This document shows, in pieces, positions 49,801 through 58,401 of a stretch of 64,000 nucleotides of DNA; within the stretch, counting starts at the first letter, position 1, and each line of letters begins with the position of its first letter. The notes beneath the pieces were generated by a model. It did no database searches. It was not told the origin of the DNA and saw only the letters and a list, made by a program, of their open reading frames with translations. The translations under genes and the position numbers were made by a program. This stretch comes from Saprospiraceae bacterium (GTDB lineage: Bacteria > Bacteroidota > Bacteroidia > Chitinophagales > Saprospiraceae), in the NCBI GenBank assembly GCA_036741235.1, contig DAINSQ010000004.1, positions 4,200 to 68,199 of the forward strand, written 5' to 3'.

Positions 49801-50160
49801 TTCGGCGACCGCTTCTACAACACCGGCACGGCCGACGTTACGCTGCCAGTTGTATGCTTCGCTTATTGCGTAACTTGTAACGTAGTTGACGTTGATGAGT
49901 CTACACTCCAGAATGGCGTGAAGATATTCCCCAACCCGGTTACAGATGTGTTGAATATCAACTACAACTTCTCGGAAACGGTACAGCAATTCAACGTACG
50001 CATTTACAACGCACAGGGCGCTTTGGTATTCGACCGCTATATGGGCCAATCGCTCAACGGCAACCTCGAAATCGACGCCCGCCAGTTCCCCGCCGGCGCT
50101 TACATGGTTCAACTCATGGACGGCGCTTCGCAGGTAACCCGGAAAATTATTATCGAATAA
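46855..50160 (+). CDS. secreted multidomain protein with PA (protease-associated) domain, repeated PPC-like and CBM-like modules, and a T9SS C-terminal domain
   Basis: Signal peptide. PA-domain segment GSVALMDRGTCPFATKAVVAQQAGAIGVIVCNN. Three ..C.TAI...PG.H.. modules. Two VTF.VDMAL.TV.P.GV modules. C-terminal VKIFPNPVTDVLNINY...GAYMVQL tail. Confidence 0.8.
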   Translation: MKNCYLSKLWALAIALLAWTATTNAQIVKITVNAPAGIAGDYQALQAAYSPALTGTTGDVVYANPADGCTAPTNSLTGSVALMDRGTCPFATKAVVAQQAGAIGVIVCNNTPLFPHKAIVMGGTPSETINIPVVMLSWADCELIKAELANGAVNVTFSPDPIPAEAGEVCDTAIPIGPGTHTVAPIDGGFGAVFISGVLDNNSNAKWYSYTPTVNNIATVSSCGQPVDSRVAVISGVDCANLVLVDLNDDCDPDNNDFASEVSFLAVAGQQYFIYWDDRWDHNGFEFTLSENTTLPQALVTFNVDMALETVSPDGVRVAYGTSSNPVLTEIILADGDGDGVYSGSANITLLDTLGYVFVNGLVAPGNQESVPNECGVPSIFGFNFRPFIVGDPNGTNIPSVCFSSCGDCVFVVDDCENPLILIEDDAEGYAAGNAQGQPGADHWGSWPGAASSVVVNAEQAESGAQSFKVSGAITGQDALLLLGDKTQDHYAVAWNMYIPTGKRAYFNVQHQAPTASAGFWAMDAFFGDEGDGTAFLQIYPNNVAAETPRFSYPNDTWFFVYLFVDLDNDEARLIVDETTVAAWQFSFGITNGGAASPLNQLNGINFYPRDANDEYYVDNVQFVQIPDAGVGQYCYTAVDIQPGVHAVPELTCFGGAYDLGSNGEGIATYWFKYTPTQDGVISISSCNGGADSRGWIFKGDCHGLEILGVNDDMCELAPGGDAYASYREAIVEAGETYYIMWDDAWENTGFDFELSFSTDAPAEGDFCQTAIAVDPGEHSIEEFTGDAAVAGPTIGTSTLSETPYAQSEWFSFTPTTDGTMTITSCDGAASDTRLWVYTGDCSSLNSLTVVAESDDGCTGGAGPSQVTDVPVTAGTTYLIEWNDRFSEDAFLWELIFNPLSVDVTFQVDMALSTVDPGGVFLAGSFSDFQNLPMSDGNGDGVYTATVAIPQNTTVTYKFKNGPDGWESINTSVGGVNCTTGGFGDRFYNTGTADVTLPVVCFAYCVTCNVVDVDESTLQNGVKIFPNPVTDVLNINYNFSETVQQFNVRIYNAQGALVFDRYMGQSLNGNLEIDARQFPAGAYMVQLMDGASQVTRKIIIE

Positions 50161-50218
50161 CGCTTGAAATTGCCCGGCAATACCGGCTTATTTTTCAGCG
50201 TTTATCTTAAAGTGCATG

Positions 50219-50255
50219 AGGCATCCCGAAAAAATTCGGGATGCCTTATGTTTTT
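50219..50255 (+). terminator. rho-independent terminator
   Basis: AGGCATCCCGAA-AAAA-TTCGGGATGCCT, a 12-bp perfect stem, followed by TATGTTTTT. Confidence 0.8.
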
Positions 50256-50257
50256 AC

Positions 50258-50265
50258 TAAATTTG
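50258..50265 (+). promoter_or_regulatory. Bacteroidota-type -7 box (TAAATTTG) upstream of the Ddl-fusion gene
   Basis: Exact TAnnTTTG match, 30 nt upstream of the ATG at 50295. It supports that start over the ORF-track start at 50241. Confidence 0.5.
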
Positions 50266-50294
50266 CGGGTTATTCAAGCTACCTGCTAAACTAT

Positions 50295-53200
50295 ATGAAG
50301 CTAAGAGTCGGCATTTTCTTTGGAGGCCCTTCCCGCGAACGCGAAATTTCTTTCGCCGGCGGACGCACCGTTTATGATAATCTCAATAAATCGCTCTTCG
50401 AGCCGGTGCCTATTTTTGTAGATAGTCAGAAGAATTTTATTCTACTCGACTGGCAGTACATCTATAAAGGTACTATTAGAGACTTCTATCCCCCAATCGA
50501 TCAGATTCCCCCCTCGCCCAATGAATTCCAGATCTATTCGGAAAGTTTGGGCGAAATAAGCAGGGAAGAACAAGACCGCATGATCGCAGAGGTGGGCCGG
50601 CGAATAGACCCGCGTGAACTACCCACGCTGATCCATATAGCATTCCTGGCATTACACGGATTATACGGCGAAGACGGCCAGATTCAGCGCGAACTCGAAA
50701 CCCTGCATATTCCCTATACCGGCAGCGGCATGCGCGCCAGCGAAATCGGTATGGACAAAGCCCTGCAAAAGCGTCTGATGGCTGAAAAAGGCTTCTCCGA
50801 GCCGACAGTTATGACGCTCAAACGCGAAGACTGGCTGAAAGCCGATATTGAAGCGCTATTTTACCAAGCTATCGACAAGGTCGGGTTTCCCATGGTGATC
50901 CGCCCCGCCAACCAGGGCTCTTCGATCGGCGTATCGATAGCCGACGAAAAACTGGGCGTCGAAGGCTTCGAGCAGGCTATTAACCGCGCTTTCTTTCGCG
51001 AAATAATTCCGGTTAGCGAATGGACCGACCGCGACCACTTCGAACGCGTGGAGTATACCCGCCTGCTGAGCGATATCCGCGATGGATTGGGTTTCCCCAT
51101 TTCGGTTACTTTTCACAACCAGAAACATACGATTTATCACCCGGAAGCGCTCCTGAATTACCTCAACGACCAATCAGCGCAGATTGATAACGGCTTTTTT
51201 ATTCTGGAGAGTTTCCAGGATGAACGCGAGGTAATTATAGAGTCGTTTATTCACGGCAAGGAATTCTCTTGTATCGTGATCCGCAAGGAAGACGGCAGCG
51301 CTGCGGCCTTGCCTCCTACCGAAATAGTGAAGGGCAAAGAAGTATTCGACTATCGATCGAAATACATGCCCGGCCTTTCGCGCAAAGTAACTCCCATCAA
51401 TCTGCCTTCTGCCCAAATCAACGCCATCCGCGGAGAATGCGAACGCCTCTTCCTGGAACTGGGCTTTGCCACTTATGCCCGCATTGACGGCTTCATCACC
51501 CAGGATAACCAGATCTTCCTCAACGACCCCAATACTACATCGGGCATGCTGCCCTCTTCTTTCTTCTTTCACCAGGCAGCAGAGATCGGCCTGAACCCGT
51601 CGCAATATCTCACATATATCATCAGGGTTTCCTTGCAGGAACGCCTCGTCGAACATCCTGAAGAAGGCGCATGGAAAGGCTACTTGCGCATACTCGACGA
51701 ATCTATTCAATCGCTTAAAGTCTCCCAGTCCAGTCGCAAACGCATCGGCGTGATCCTGGGCGGTTATTCTTTTGAAAGGCATATTTCGGTAGAAAGCGGG
51801 CGCAATATTTTTGAAAAACTATCTAGCTCCGATAAATACGAACCAATTCCTATATTCCTGACTGGCGAAACCGGACATTTTGAATTGTACCAATTGCCCA
51901 TCAACCTCTTGTTGAAAGACAATGCCGACGATATTCGCGACAGGATACTTGGCTGGCAAGAGCACCCCCTTATAGACCAGATAAAACTCCAGTGTGCAGA
52001 TATTACCCGAAAATACGCTTCGCACGACGTTGTATTTGCGCCGCGCAAGATTTCGCTGGAGGAACTACCAGCTATGGTTGACGGCGTTTTCATCGCATTA
52101 CATGGGCGCCCCGGCGAAGACGGCCAATTACAGATGTACCTCGACGCCATGCACATCCCCTACAACGGCTCGGGCGTGGCCTCTTCGAAAGTTACGATCG
52201 ATAAACACCGTACGCTCCAGACCCTCAAGAAAAACGGATTTCCGGTTGCCGACCAGTTGATCATAAAAAGAGAAGAATACAAAGCCGGCGCAGAAACCTG
52301 CTATAAACACATTGAAGACCAGTTTGGTTATCCATTGGTGGCCAAACCTGTTGACGACGGTTGTAGCTCGGCAGTAAAGGTGATTCGCAACCGGACAGAA
52401 CTCGAGGCATTTGTGCAGCTGATGTTCCGCCCCTTCAGCGAGGAAGGTCTTGAGCAGCGAAAGTTGTTGCAACTCAAACCCAAAGAAGAATTTCCCAGAA
52501 AAGATGAAATTCTGTTTGAAAACCTCATTTCCCGAAACGGCGCCGGCCACTTCCTGGAGATTACCGGCGGCCTGCTAACCCATTACAATATGGACGGCAC
52601 GCTGCGCTACGAGGTGTTCGAACCCTCCGAAACACTGGCCACCGGCGAAGTACTGTCGCTCGAAGAAAAATTCCTGGCCGGCGAAGGACAAAATATCACC
52701 CCCGCCAGGTTTAGTCCCAATAAATCAGTATACCAAAAAATCGCCGCCCAGGTAAAAGGCGATTTGGAACGAGCCGCCAGAATTCTCGACGTACAAGGAT
52801 ATGCACGCATCGATGCCTTTGTACGCATCTTCGATAACCAACGCGCCGAAACGCTGGTAATCGAAGTGAATTCACTGCCGGGCATGACTCCGGCTACCTG
52901 TATTTTTCACCAGGCGGCGATTAACGGTTACAAGCCTTATGATTTTATTGATAAAATTCTGAGTTTCGCTTTTGCGCGAAAAGCCCGCTTGGGCGGTATC
53001 GCTCCGGCGCCCGCCGCTAATGCGCAGGAAGAGGTCAACGCTTTTACCAGCCTGCTCCCCGAAGAACCAACCCCCGTAGCCGAAATTAACCAATACCGGC
53101 AGGAGTTGGCAGCAGCAGAACAGTCTAAACCCCATGCGTCAAGCCAGGGCGATAATACTGCCAAAAACGAACCCTATTTTGGAATGGAAAAACCACCTAC

Positions 53201-54044
53201 CCCCCTTCAACAATGGGTGATTAGCACGCGGGAGTTTTTTACCTCACCCTATTTTTTGCGCAACCTTGGCGTATTACTCGGCTTTTTATTTGTGTTTATT
53301 ACGCTGCTGTCCTTTGCACTGCGTCTCTATACCCGGCATGGCGAATCGCTGACTGTACCCAAGTATGAAGGTATGCATGTAGACGAGGCTATACGCAAAG
53401 CCAAAAGCCGCAGTTTTTCGGTGGTGGTGCTCGACTCCATCTACGAAATTGATAAAGTACCTGGCACAGTTTTCCAACAAGATCCCAAACCTTCATCGCG
53501 TGTTAAGCAAAACCGAACCATCTATTTATCAATTTACAGCAAAACTCCACCTGAAATTGAATTGCCCACCCTGGTAGGCAGCTACAATTTCGAACAATAC
53601 GCCAAAAAATTGAGTATCCTCAAACTAAAGGCCGTTATTAAAGAACGGGTATTCGACAGCGTGCAGGAAGAAAATACCATCCAATATTTCTTTTATGATG
53701 GTCAGAAAATTACCGATAACGACTTGCGCAAAGGCGTAAAAGTGCCACAGGGCAGTACACTCGAATTTGTTGTTACACAACGTCATACCGGCATGGTGGC
53801 AATACCCAATTTGGTATGCCAGCAATACAAAGCGGCACATTTCCTCATTACCAGCATGAACCTGAGCGTAGGCGCAGTTTATGGCGAAGTATTTGACGAC
53901 GCATATGTGTGGAAACAGGAACCGGAATACATAGAGGGCCAAATGATCAGGATTGGCGAACAAATCAATATTTATCTCACCAATACCAGACCGCAAGGCT
54001 GCCCCGAAGAGGAGATTTTGGATGTGGATCAGCAGGAACAATAA
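50295..54044 (+). CDS. fusion protein: two D-alanine--D-alanine-ligase-like ATP-grasp modules, a linker, a TM helix and three PASTA domains
   Basis: Module 1: MKLRVGIFFGGPSREREIS, ALHGLYGEDGQIQ, RPANQGSSIGV, ARIDGF, LNDPNTTSG. Module 2: RIGVILGGYSFERHIS, ALHGRPGEDGQLQ, KPVDDGCSSAV, ARIDAF, IEVNSLPGMT. TM helix LGVLLGFLFVFITLLSFAL (about nt 53262-53330). Three PASTA-like units begin VPKYEGMHVDEA, LPTLVGSYNFEQ and IPNLVCQQYKAA. Confidence 0.8.
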   Translation: MKLRVGIFFGGPSREREISFAGGRTVYDNLNKSLFEPVPIFVDSQKNFILLDWQYIYKGTIRDFYPPIDQIPPSPNEFQIYSESLGEISREEQDRMIAEVGRRIDPRELPTLIHIAFLALHGLYGEDGQIQRELETLHIPYTGSGMRASEIGMDKALQKRLMAEKGFSEPTVMTLKREDWLKADIEALFYQAIDKVGFPMVIRPANQGSSIGVSIADEKLGVEGFEQAINRAFFREIIPVSEWTDRDHFERVEYTRLLSDIRDGLGFPISVTFHNQKHTIYHPEALLNYLNDQSAQIDNGFFILESFQDEREVIIESFIHGKEFSCIVIRKEDGSAAALPPTEIVKGKEVFDYRSKYMPGLSRKVTPINLPSAQINAIRGECERLFLELGFATYARIDGFITQDNQIFLNDPNTTSGMLPSSFFFHQAAEIGLNPSQYLTYIIRVSLQERLVEHPEEGAWKGYLRILDESIQSLKVSQSSRKRIGVILGGYSFERHISVESGRNIFEKLSSSDKYEPIPIFLTGETGHFELYQLPINLLLKDNADDIRDRILGWQEHPLIDQIKLQCADITRKYASHDVVFAPRKISLEELPAMVDGVFIALHGRPGEDGQLQMYLDAMHIPYNGSGVASSKVTIDKHRTLQTLKKNGFPVADQLIIKREEYKAGAETCYKHIEDQFGYPLVAKPVDDGCSSAVKVIRNRTELEAFVQLMFRPFSEEGLEQRKLLQLKPKEEFPRKDEILFENLISRNGAGHFLEITGGLLTHYNMDGTLRYEVFEPSETLATGEVLSLEEKFLAGEGQNITPARFSPNKSVYQKIAAQVKGDLERAARILDVQGYARIDAFVRIFDNQRAETLVIEVNSLPGMTPATCIFHQAAINGYKPYDFIDKILSFAFARKARLGGIAPAPAANAQEEVNAFTSLLPEEPTPVAEINQYRQELAAAEQSKPHASSQGDNTAKNEPYFGMEKPPTPLQQWVISTREFFTSPYFLRNLGVLLGFLFVFITLLSFALRLYTRHGESLTVPKYEGMHVDEAIRKAKSRSFSVVVLDSIYEIDKVPGTVFQQDPKPSSRVKQNRTIYLSIYSKTPPEIELPTLVGSYNFEQYAKKLSILKLKAVIKERVFDSVQEENTIQYFFYDGQKITDNDLRKGVKVPQGSTLEFVVTQRHTGMVAIPNLVCQQYKAAHFLITSMNLSVGAVYGEVFDDAYVWKQEPEYIEGQMIRIGEQINIYLTNTRPQGCPEEEILDVDQQEQ

Positions 54045-54085
54045 TAGTCTGCACCGTATTTTGCCGGTCGCCGGCCATGGACAAC

Positions 54086-54130
54086 TGCCGGGAATGTGAA
54101 CAAACAACAATTCCCGGCAATCGTCGTTTT
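54086..54130 (+). terminator. rho-independent terminator after the Ddl-fusion gene
   Basis: TGCCGGGAAT-(14 nt)-ATTCCCGGCA, a 10-bp perfect stem, followed by ATCGTCGTTTT. Confidence 0.6.
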
Positions 54131-54157
54131 CAAAAAATATCAAAAGCAACTACGATA

Positions 54158-56704
54158 ATGAAAAAATGGTACGCCGCACTCTGGGCATTGTGCATGTATT
54201 CGTTGGCAGGTGCGCAGCAACTCACCCCCCTTACCGAAAACCCCGTTTTGAAACAACATTTCCAGCTCGCCGATCAGTTGCAACCCGGCATTTGGCGCTA
54301 TAACCCGGGCGAAGGACAAGAGAAAAACGCCTGCCCTCTTACTGAGGCAGGTGTGAGTTATGTAGAAGCCGGCAAACGAGCCGATCAGCGCATTTTTGTA
54401 ACGCCCAGCAGCGATACCACGGCCATACTGCTTTGCGATGGTTGCGATATGCTGCAATACGGCGCCGCCGTTATTGTTAAAGATTCGCTTTACTATACCG
54501 CCAACGCCGATGTACTAGCGGGGCGGGATACCCTGAAGGTCAAATTGTGCAAACCCGACGCCTCCGTCTGCTACGATTCAATCACCTATTATTTTGTAGC
54601 GAAACGTGCCGGCCGTAATTATTTCCCGCCGCGGGTGAATATCGCACAAGAGCAATTTGTCAACCTCGAAGCCGATAAAACGCTTTTGCCGGGTGAACTC
54701 GCCTGCAATACCTTTGTAGATTGTCCCGATAATTACCAGGGACGCGCCCAGCGATTCTGGTTTACCGATTATTCCACCCCCGACCACCGTTTTGTTTACG
54801 AAGCCTCGCGTTATGCCGGCGTCGACTCGGTATGCCTGGCTTTATGCGATGAATACGCCGTGTGCGATACGTTCCACTACGCTATCCGTATTAGCAGCGA
54901 TACGGTGGGACTGCCCTTTATGGACGATTTCTCTTACCCCGGCCCCCTGCCTTCTATCGACCACTGGCTCGATATTGACCCATTTATTAATACGACTATG
55001 GGCGAAATGCCCCCTTCTATCGGGGTCGCAACCTTTGACGGCATCGACGGCCGTGGCAGCGCATACGGCGGACAATACGGCCCCTCCGACTACCTGACGT
55101 CGAGATATCTCAACCTGCAAGGCGCCGGCGGCAACCTGACCCTCACTTTTTGGGCGCAACGCCGCGGGTTGGTTGATCGGCCTGAGATTCAGGACTCTCT
55201 CGTTCTCGAATTTAAAAATTCCTTCGGCATCTGGCAGATCGCTTTGTCGCTCAAAGGTATTCCAGGCAGTCAAACTAACGACGCGCCCGAACCCTTCCGC
55301 TTCTACGACGTGCCCGTACCTCAAGAATTCAGGTATAAAGGCTTCCAGTTCCGGTTCCGAAATTACTCCGACCGGCTGGGTATCAACGACAATTGGCATC
55401 TCGACTATGTGCGCCTTGACGCCGTGAATATCGATTCTATTTTTAGCGATATCGCTTTTACCCAACAACCCAATTTTATTTTAAAGAATTACACCAGTAT
55501 GCCCTGGCGGCATTTCGAAGGTCGCGAAGCAGAAGAACTGGGCGACAACATTGCTGCGGGCATTTACAACCATGCCGGCCAATCGCTCAATGCCAGCCCC
55601 TCGTCGGTAAGCCTGGTAGAACTCAATTCGGGATTTAATGTTTTTGGCTCGGCTGTAACGCTGTTTAACGGCCTGGAGGCCAATATACCCAATGGCGAGC
55701 CGGTTAGTCGATCCTATCAATTACTGGACGATCCGACCGGTTTCCCCGAGGTGTGGCCCAATTACCTCCTCACTATGGAAGGCCCCACTTTTGACGATGC
55801 CGACCGCCTCGATTTTGAATTAAAATATACCCTCAATAATACTTCGCAAATCAATCAGCCCGGATTCGAGGCGGTACAACGCAACGACCAGGTGACGCAG
55901 ACGACCGTTTTCGACAACTACTTCGCCTACGACGACGGCACCGCCGAGGCGGGGCTCGTTACTTCAGAAGGCACTCAGGTGGCGATGAAGTATACTGCCG
56001 GCGTCGACGATTCCCTGCGCGCTGTGCGTATTCATTTCCCGCATACCTCCGCCGATGTGAGCGATCAAACATTCCGGCTGCGCGTTTGGGTGGGGCAACT
56101 CGACAATTCGCCCGAATATTCGATGAATTTACTGCCCTATTATGCCGATTCGTTTTTCGATACCCTGCAAGGCTTTACTACTTATCCGCTGGTTGACGCC
56201 AACGGCAATAATGCGCCGATGTTTATTCCCGCCGGCGATTTTTATGTGGGCTGGCAACAAATTACTTCTTGCGAGTTCACGCGCTGCGTGCCCATTGGTT
56301 ACGACAAAAACAGGCCTAATGTCAAGGAGTTTATTTTCCGAAACAGCGGACAGGGATGGGAACCGCTTTCCGAATTTACGCCCGGCGGCGCTTTGATGAT
56401 CAGACCGGTGGTAGGAGGTATCACTCCCGGCGCTACACCCGTAGATGAACCGACCCCAGAAACAGGGTTTCAGTGGACTATCTACCCCAATCCTGCCGCC
56501 GATGCAGTATTTGTCCAGTTGAACGACGGCTTGTACGAACAATTTGACTTCAGGTTGTTTAATAGTAATGGCCAGCTTGTGCAACAGGGCCCATTGTCGC
56601 CGCAAATACCTGTAACGAGCCTGCCCAACGGCGTTTACTGGATGGCCGTACGCCACCGTGATACGCAACAGATTGAGCATCGCAAACTGGTTATTGTGCA
56701 TTAA
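54158..56704 (+). CDS. secreted hypothetical protein (848 aa) with T9SS C-terminal sorting domain
   Basis: Signal peptide MKKWYAALWALCMYSLAGAQQ from the ATG at 54158. C-terminal WTIYPNPAADAVFVQL...GVYWMAV tail. The ORF-track start at 53909 overlaps the upstream gene and its terminator. Confidence 0.8.
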   Translation: MKKWYAALWALCMYSLAGAQQLTPLTENPVLKQHFQLADQLQPGIWRYNPGEGQEKNACPLTEAGVSYVEAGKRADQRIFVTPSSDTTAILLCDGCDMLQYGAAVIVKDSLYYTANADVLAGRDTLKVKLCKPDASVCYDSITYYFVAKRAGRNYFPPRVNIAQEQFVNLEADKTLLPGELACNTFVDCPDNYQGRAQRFWFTDYSTPDHRFVYEASRYAGVDSVCLALCDEYAVCDTFHYAIRISSDTVGLPFMDDFSYPGPLPSIDHWLDIDPFINTTMGEMPPSIGVATFDGIDGRGSAYGGQYGPSDYLTSRYLNLQGAGGNLTLTFWAQRRGLVDRPEIQDSLVLEFKNSFGIWQIALSLKGIPGSQTNDAPEPFRFYDVPVPQEFRYKGFQFRFRNYSDRLGINDNWHLDYVRLDAVNIDSIFSDIAFTQQPNFILKNYTSMPWRHFEGREAEELGDNIAAGIYNHAGQSLNASPSSVSLVELNSGFNVFGSAVTLFNGLEANIPNGEPVSRSYQLLDDPTGFPEVWPNYLLTMEGPTFDDADRLDFELKYTLNNTSQINQPGFEAVQRNDQVTQTTVFDNYFAYDDGTAEAGLVTSEGTQVAMKYTAGVDDSLRAVRIHFPHTSADVSDQTFRLRVWVGQLDNSPEYSMNLLPYYADSFFDTLQGFTTYPLVDANGNNAPMFIPAGDFYVGWQQITSCEFTRCVPIGYDKNRPNVKEFIFRNSGQGWEPLSEFTPGGALMIRPVVGGITPGATPVDEPTPETGFQWTIYPNPAADAVFVQLNDGLYEQFDFRLFNSNGQLVQQGPLSPQIPVTSLPNGVYWMAVRHRDTQQIEHRKLVIVH

Positions 56705-56718
56705 AAACACCTACACAC

Positions 56719-57021
56719 ATGGATATTACCGTTCAGGAATTAAAAGAAAGAATGGACAAAGGCGAGGCCGTCCACCTGATTGATGTTCGCGAGCCTTACG
56801 AGCACGAAGAATTCAATATCGGCGGGTTGTTGTGCCCACTGGGTGATGTGATGCGCGCCATCGAAGAAATGGAGGATCACAAATCCGACGAGATTATAGT
56901 TTATTGTCGCTCAGGCAGGCGCAGCGATACGGCCAAACAACTTATGCAACAAGCCGGCTACCAAAATGTGCGCAACCTCCTGGGAGGCATGTTGGCCTGG
57001 CAAGAGGCGTTTGTGAAGTAA
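56719..57021 (+). CDS. rhodanese-like single-domain sulfurtransferase
   Basis: 100 aa. Active-site loop VYCRSGRRS and the C-terminal GGMLAWQ motif. Confidence 0.85.
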   Translation: MDITVQELKERMDKGEAVHLIDVREPYEHEEFNIGGLLCPLGDVMRAIEEMEDHKSDEIIVYCRSGRRSDTAKQLMQQAGYQNVRNLLGGMLAWQEAFVK

Positions 57022-57027
57022 TTGGGG

Positions 57028-57078
57028 GGGATTTGAGGATTTGATCTGCGATAACCGAATCCACAATCCCGGTATTTT
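57028..57078. terminator. bidirectional terminator-like hairpin between convergent genes
   Basis: GGGATTTGAGGATT ... AATCCACAATCCC, imperfect with one small internal bulge, followed by GGTATTTTA. Confidence 0.45.
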
Positions 57079-57087
57079 ATATGCCAA

Positions 57088-57777
57088 TTACTGCTTTTTC
57101 TTCACAATCGCTTCTACTCCTTTCGCTTCCAATTCCTTTTTCAGTGCCTGGGCCTCGGATTGGGAAGAAAAGCGGTCTACCAGGGCAACAGCCAGGGCGC
57201 CACGGTTGAAAGACTCCACAGTGGCGTTGTTATAGCCGAGTTTATGCAGGCGGGCAACCTGATTCTCCGCATTGGTTTTACTCTTAAAAGAGCCCGCAAT
57301 CACCAGATAGTCGCCGCTGTTGGAAGAAGAAGCAGTGCGGCTGGGAGCAGGTTCTTCCTCATACCCTTCATCGCGCGAAGCCGTTGATTTGGCGGTAGAT
57401 TTCGTAGTAGTGGTTGAAGCCGGTTTAGTATCCGGTTTGGGTTTAGTTGCGGTTGCCGGCTTTTTTGTCGTTTCCGACGACGATTTGCTGCCCGGTTTTG
57501 TCGATTTAGCGCTTTCCGTTGCGGGTTCCTCTTCGTAATCCGTAGCCGTCATTTGATCGTCGTCAAGGTCTTCTTCTTTGGTATAAGAACTCAGCGAAGT
57601 ATCTGCGTAATCGCTATAGGTGCTTGCGCCAATCGTATCCTGATAGGGCGTTTCAATCAGCGTTTCTTCCGGGGGCGTATCATTGCTCATCAGCTTAACG
57701 GTTTTGTAAACCAGAAATCCCAGGGCGGCCAGACAAACGCCCACAATGCCGATGGTGAGGTAGTCAACTCTTGACAT
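57088..57777 (-). CDS. SPOR-domain (peptidoglycan-binding) membrane-anchored protein
   Basis: N-terminal TM helix (LTIGIVGVCLAALGFLVY). Low-complexity S/T/K/P linker. C-terminal SPOR-like segment DYLVIAGSFKSKTNAENQVARLHKLGY...ALVDRFSSQSEAQALKKEL. Confidence 0.75.
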   Translation of the reverse strand: MSRVDYLTIGIVGVCLAALGFLVYKTVKLMSNDTPPEETLIETPYQDTIGASTYSDYADTSLSSYTKEEDLDDDQMTATDYEEEPATESAKSTKPGSKSSSETTKKPATATKPKPDTKPASTTTTKSTAKSTASRDEGYEEEPAPSRTASSSNSGDYLVIAGSFKSKTNAENQVARLHKLGYNNATVESFNRGALAVALVDRFSSQSEAQALKKELEAKGVEAIVKKKQ

Positions 57778-57823
57778 GTCTTGTTTATTTTGTGGTTAAA
57801 GCAAGTGCGTATGCGATTGGTTT

Positions 57824-58321
57824 TCAAAAAGGCAACTTCCCGTGTTGACGCTCGTAGTCGCTGATGTAAGCGGCCACAATATCATTCACAATATCTTTCA
57901 GGTGCGATTTTTCAATTTTTGCAATTGACTTGAGTTTGCCGAGCATATCATTATCAAATACCAGGGTAATGCGACGGGTAGAGAAGGGGTGAATTTCTAC
58001 GCCGCTGGGCGTGATCGTGTTTCTGATCAGCAGATCGAGGCCGCCGGCCGGCCTCGGCGCCGGCGCGGGAATATCGCCGGAGGTTGGCTGCGCTGCTTTT
58101 CGGGCTTCCACTTGCTCTTCGAAAGCATCTTCAAAAGCCGTGTGCAAAAAAGAAGCCAGCGCAGACGAAAAATCCTTGTTTCCAGCTTTTTTAACAGCAG
58201 CATCCCCTTGTTTACCTTGAGCCAATTCAGCATCTGCCGGCAAGGTGTCCTTGTCGGAAAAGATGTCTGCGGTATCGCCAAACAGACTTTCCAGGCCGGC
58301 GGTGAATCTTTTTTTGCTCAA
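57824..58321 (-). CDS. small protein with basic/disordered N-terminus and ribbon-helix-helix-like C-terminus (candidate ParG-like partner of ParA)
   Basis: 165 aa, TTG start. N-terminal MSKKRFTAGLESLFGD. C-terminal RITLVFDNDMLGKLKSIAKIEKSHLKDIVNDIVAAYISDY fits a beta-alpha-alpha RHH pattern. Located 80 nt downstream of parA-like gene. Confidence 0.5.
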   Translation of the reverse strand: MSKKRFTAGLESLFGDTADIFSDKDTLPADAELAQGKQGDAAVKKAGNKDFSSALASFLHTAFEDAFEEQVEARKAAQPTSGDIPAPAPRPAGGLDLLIRNTITPSGVEIHPFSTRRITLVFDNDMLGKLKSIAKIEKSHLKDIVNDIVAAYISDYERQHGKLPF

Positions 58322-58401
58322 TGCAACGCGGTTTTATTCAAAACTAAAGAAAATAAACCACAAAAGCCAATTTCAACAATAATTTTGCATATAACGATAC
58401 T

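Noticed and set aside
53909-54157. N-terminal extensions of ORF-track entries: 53909 for the 54158 gene, 26149 for paaA, 12661 for the SDR gene, 42590 for the adhesin, 35754 for DPP-IV, 18692 for the phosphoesterase, 26104 for the cytochrome, 50241 for the Ddl fusion and 63002 for paaI.
   Set aside because: In each case the extension overlaps an upstream gene, a terminator hairpin or a predicted -7 box. An internal Met is followed directly by a signal peptide or the conserved N-terminal motif of the family.
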